A stretch of 60,728 nt of DNA, the filler included. It is 3 parts of 3 records of this genome, joined end to end, with 100 filler letters (N's around TTAATTAATTAA, not from the genome) between each part and the next. Parts side by side here need not be neighbours in the genome. Positions count along the whole stretch, not along the records: positions 36,402 to 60,728 come from DRR723986_6233; 2 more parts are not named here. One strand, 5' to 3'. This document shows, in pieces, positions 59,677-60,728 of this stretch. The stretch's first letter is position 1. Each line of letters begins with the position of its first letter. The notes under the pieces are model-generated. The model was not told the DNA's origin. It worked only from the letters and a program-made list of their open reading frames with translations, and ran no database searches. Both the position numbers and the translations under genes were made by a program.

Positions 59677-60225
59677 ATGGCCCTGAAAACCGTCACCCGT
59701 GAGTTTGAAGGATTTCTGGAAGACCGGAAGTCCCGCTTTCTGGCGCATCTGGTGCCGGTGGACATGTTCGACCAGCGGATGGAAGAGCTGCGCAAGGAGC
59801 ACAAGAAGGCCAATCACATCGTCACGGCGCACCGGAGACTTCTGGAAGACGACCGGATTGAGGAGAGCGGCAAGGACGACGGTGAACCGGCTGGCACCTC
59901 CGGCATGCCGACGTTGCGTGTGCTGCAAGGCGCCGAACTTATCAACTGCGCTGTTCTGATCGTGCGTTATTTCGGCGGTACGAAACTCGGCGGTGGGGGC
60001 CTCGCCCGAGCCTATTCAGGCGCAGCGCAGGATGCGATCAACAACGCCGACCTGGTACCGTTTCAAAAGATACTGTCGAAAACAGTTCGCGCAGATTTTG
60101 CGTCCGGATCGGAACTGGAACGGCGGATCGAGACCCTCGGCCTCGCCGTCATGGCGCGCGACTACACCGAAGACGGAGTGACGCTGACCGTCGAAGGGCC
60201 GGAAGAGGTTCTGGCTGAACTTTAG
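59677..60225 (+). CDS. yigZ: YigZ/IMPACT family protein
   Basis: KSRF, DDGEPAGTSG.P, RYFGGTKLG.GGL.RAY. Confidence 0.92.
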   Translation: MALKTVTREFEGFLEDRKSRFLAHLVPVDMFDQRMEELRKEHKKANHIVTAHRRLLEDDRIEESGKDDGEPAGTSGMPTLRVLQGAELINCAVLIVRYFGGTKLGGGGLARAYSGAAQDAINNADLVPFQKILSKTVRADFASGSELERRIETLGLAVMARDYTEDGVTLTVEGPEEVLAEL

Positions 60226-60283
60226 AGAGCGTCGACGTCCCGTCACTCCTTCCAAGTCACCAGGGCCGGCCTCTCCCCCGGTC

Positions 60284-60393
60284 GTCATTGCCGGGCTTGA
60301 TCCGGCAATCCATACGGGGATCTTCGTCACAAAGAGACAATTGGGTCAGGAGACGGAGTGTCCTGGTTCCCACGGCTCAGCCAAGGGACGACG
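60284..60393. repeat. alphaproteobacterial palindromic intergenic repeat (REP/RPE-like) with degenerate second arm
   Basis: GTCATTGCCGGGCTTGATCCGGCAATCCA at 60284-60312; decayed partner near 60363-60393; lies between convergent genes. Confidence 0.65.
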
Positions 60394-60457
60394 TCTCGGA
60401 TAGTCTATAGCTCTCGGTTCATCGGCTGATGCCTCTGCTTCAGTCCACCGCGCCGCC

Positions 60458-60728
60458 TTACGTCCGCGTCTTGCCGGCTTCCGCCTTCAGCTCTTTCAGT
60501 TCTGCTCGAAGCGCCCTGACCTCTTCCAGGATCAGCCCTGTGTCGTCATGGATGGCCTGACGGTTGGCGTCGGCTTCAGCCTCGTGTTCCTCCTGCATGG
60601 CGGAGACGATGATACCGATAAAGAGGTTCAGCACCGTGAAGGCCGTGCACAGGATGAAGGGGACAAAGAACAGCCAGGAATAGGGATAGACATCCATGAC
60701 CGGACGCACGATGCCCATGGACCAGCTT
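60458..60728 (-). CDS. bacterial voltage-gated sodium channel (BacNav), C-terminal part
   Basis: Filter remnant [10 protein letters not shown]6 [14 protein letters not shown]-terminal coiled coil; 5' part lies outside the window. Confidence 0.88.
   Translation of the reverse strand, partial: SWSMGIVRPVMDVYPYSWLFFVPFILCTAFTVLNLFIGIIVSAMQEEHEAEADANRQAIHDDTGLILEEVRALRAELKELKAEAGKTRT

Overview
The window is not continuous DNA. It holds three contigs joined by 100-nt N/TTAATTAATTAA/N linkers (13557-13656, 36302-36401). Contig 1 (1-13556, Rhodobacteraceae-like) has a PA3286-type KAS III, csaA, proC, ybjN, a PhnA-domain gene, an SGNH hydrolase, a BapA-like Ig-repeat adhesin with its type I secretion system, an alkaline-phosphatase-family gene and an ABC ATPase fragment. 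Contig 2 (13657-36301) is an alphaproteobacterial repABC replicon with a countertranscript RNA, an OpgD/G gene and a PRC-barrel gene. It also carries a ~14-kb co-directional amide-utilisation island: NCS1 permease, MekB-like hydrolase, amiC, amiR, Urt/Fmd-like ABC importer, amiE, cbbQ, cbbO. Three ANTAR dual-hairpin attenuators and two sigma70 promoters are predicted in it. The most striking observation is a Rubisco-activase-type CbbQ/CbbO pair directly behind the aliphatic amidase, with no Rubisco or NO reductase on the contig. The amidase ends in -His-Arg, matching the C-terminal H(K/R) motif that CbbQO uses on Rubisco, so this is a candidate 'amidase activase'. Contig 3 (36402-60728, Roseibium/Labrenzia-like chromosome) is mostly housekeeping: thiolase, fadJ, HDAC, dinF, pyrD, class I lysS, apaG, metZ with a SAM-II riboswitch, dcd, yigZ and a BacNav channel fragment. 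It also has a globin-MCP-CZB-PilZ chemoreceptor. All family and taxonomic calls are by motif recognition; no searches were run.
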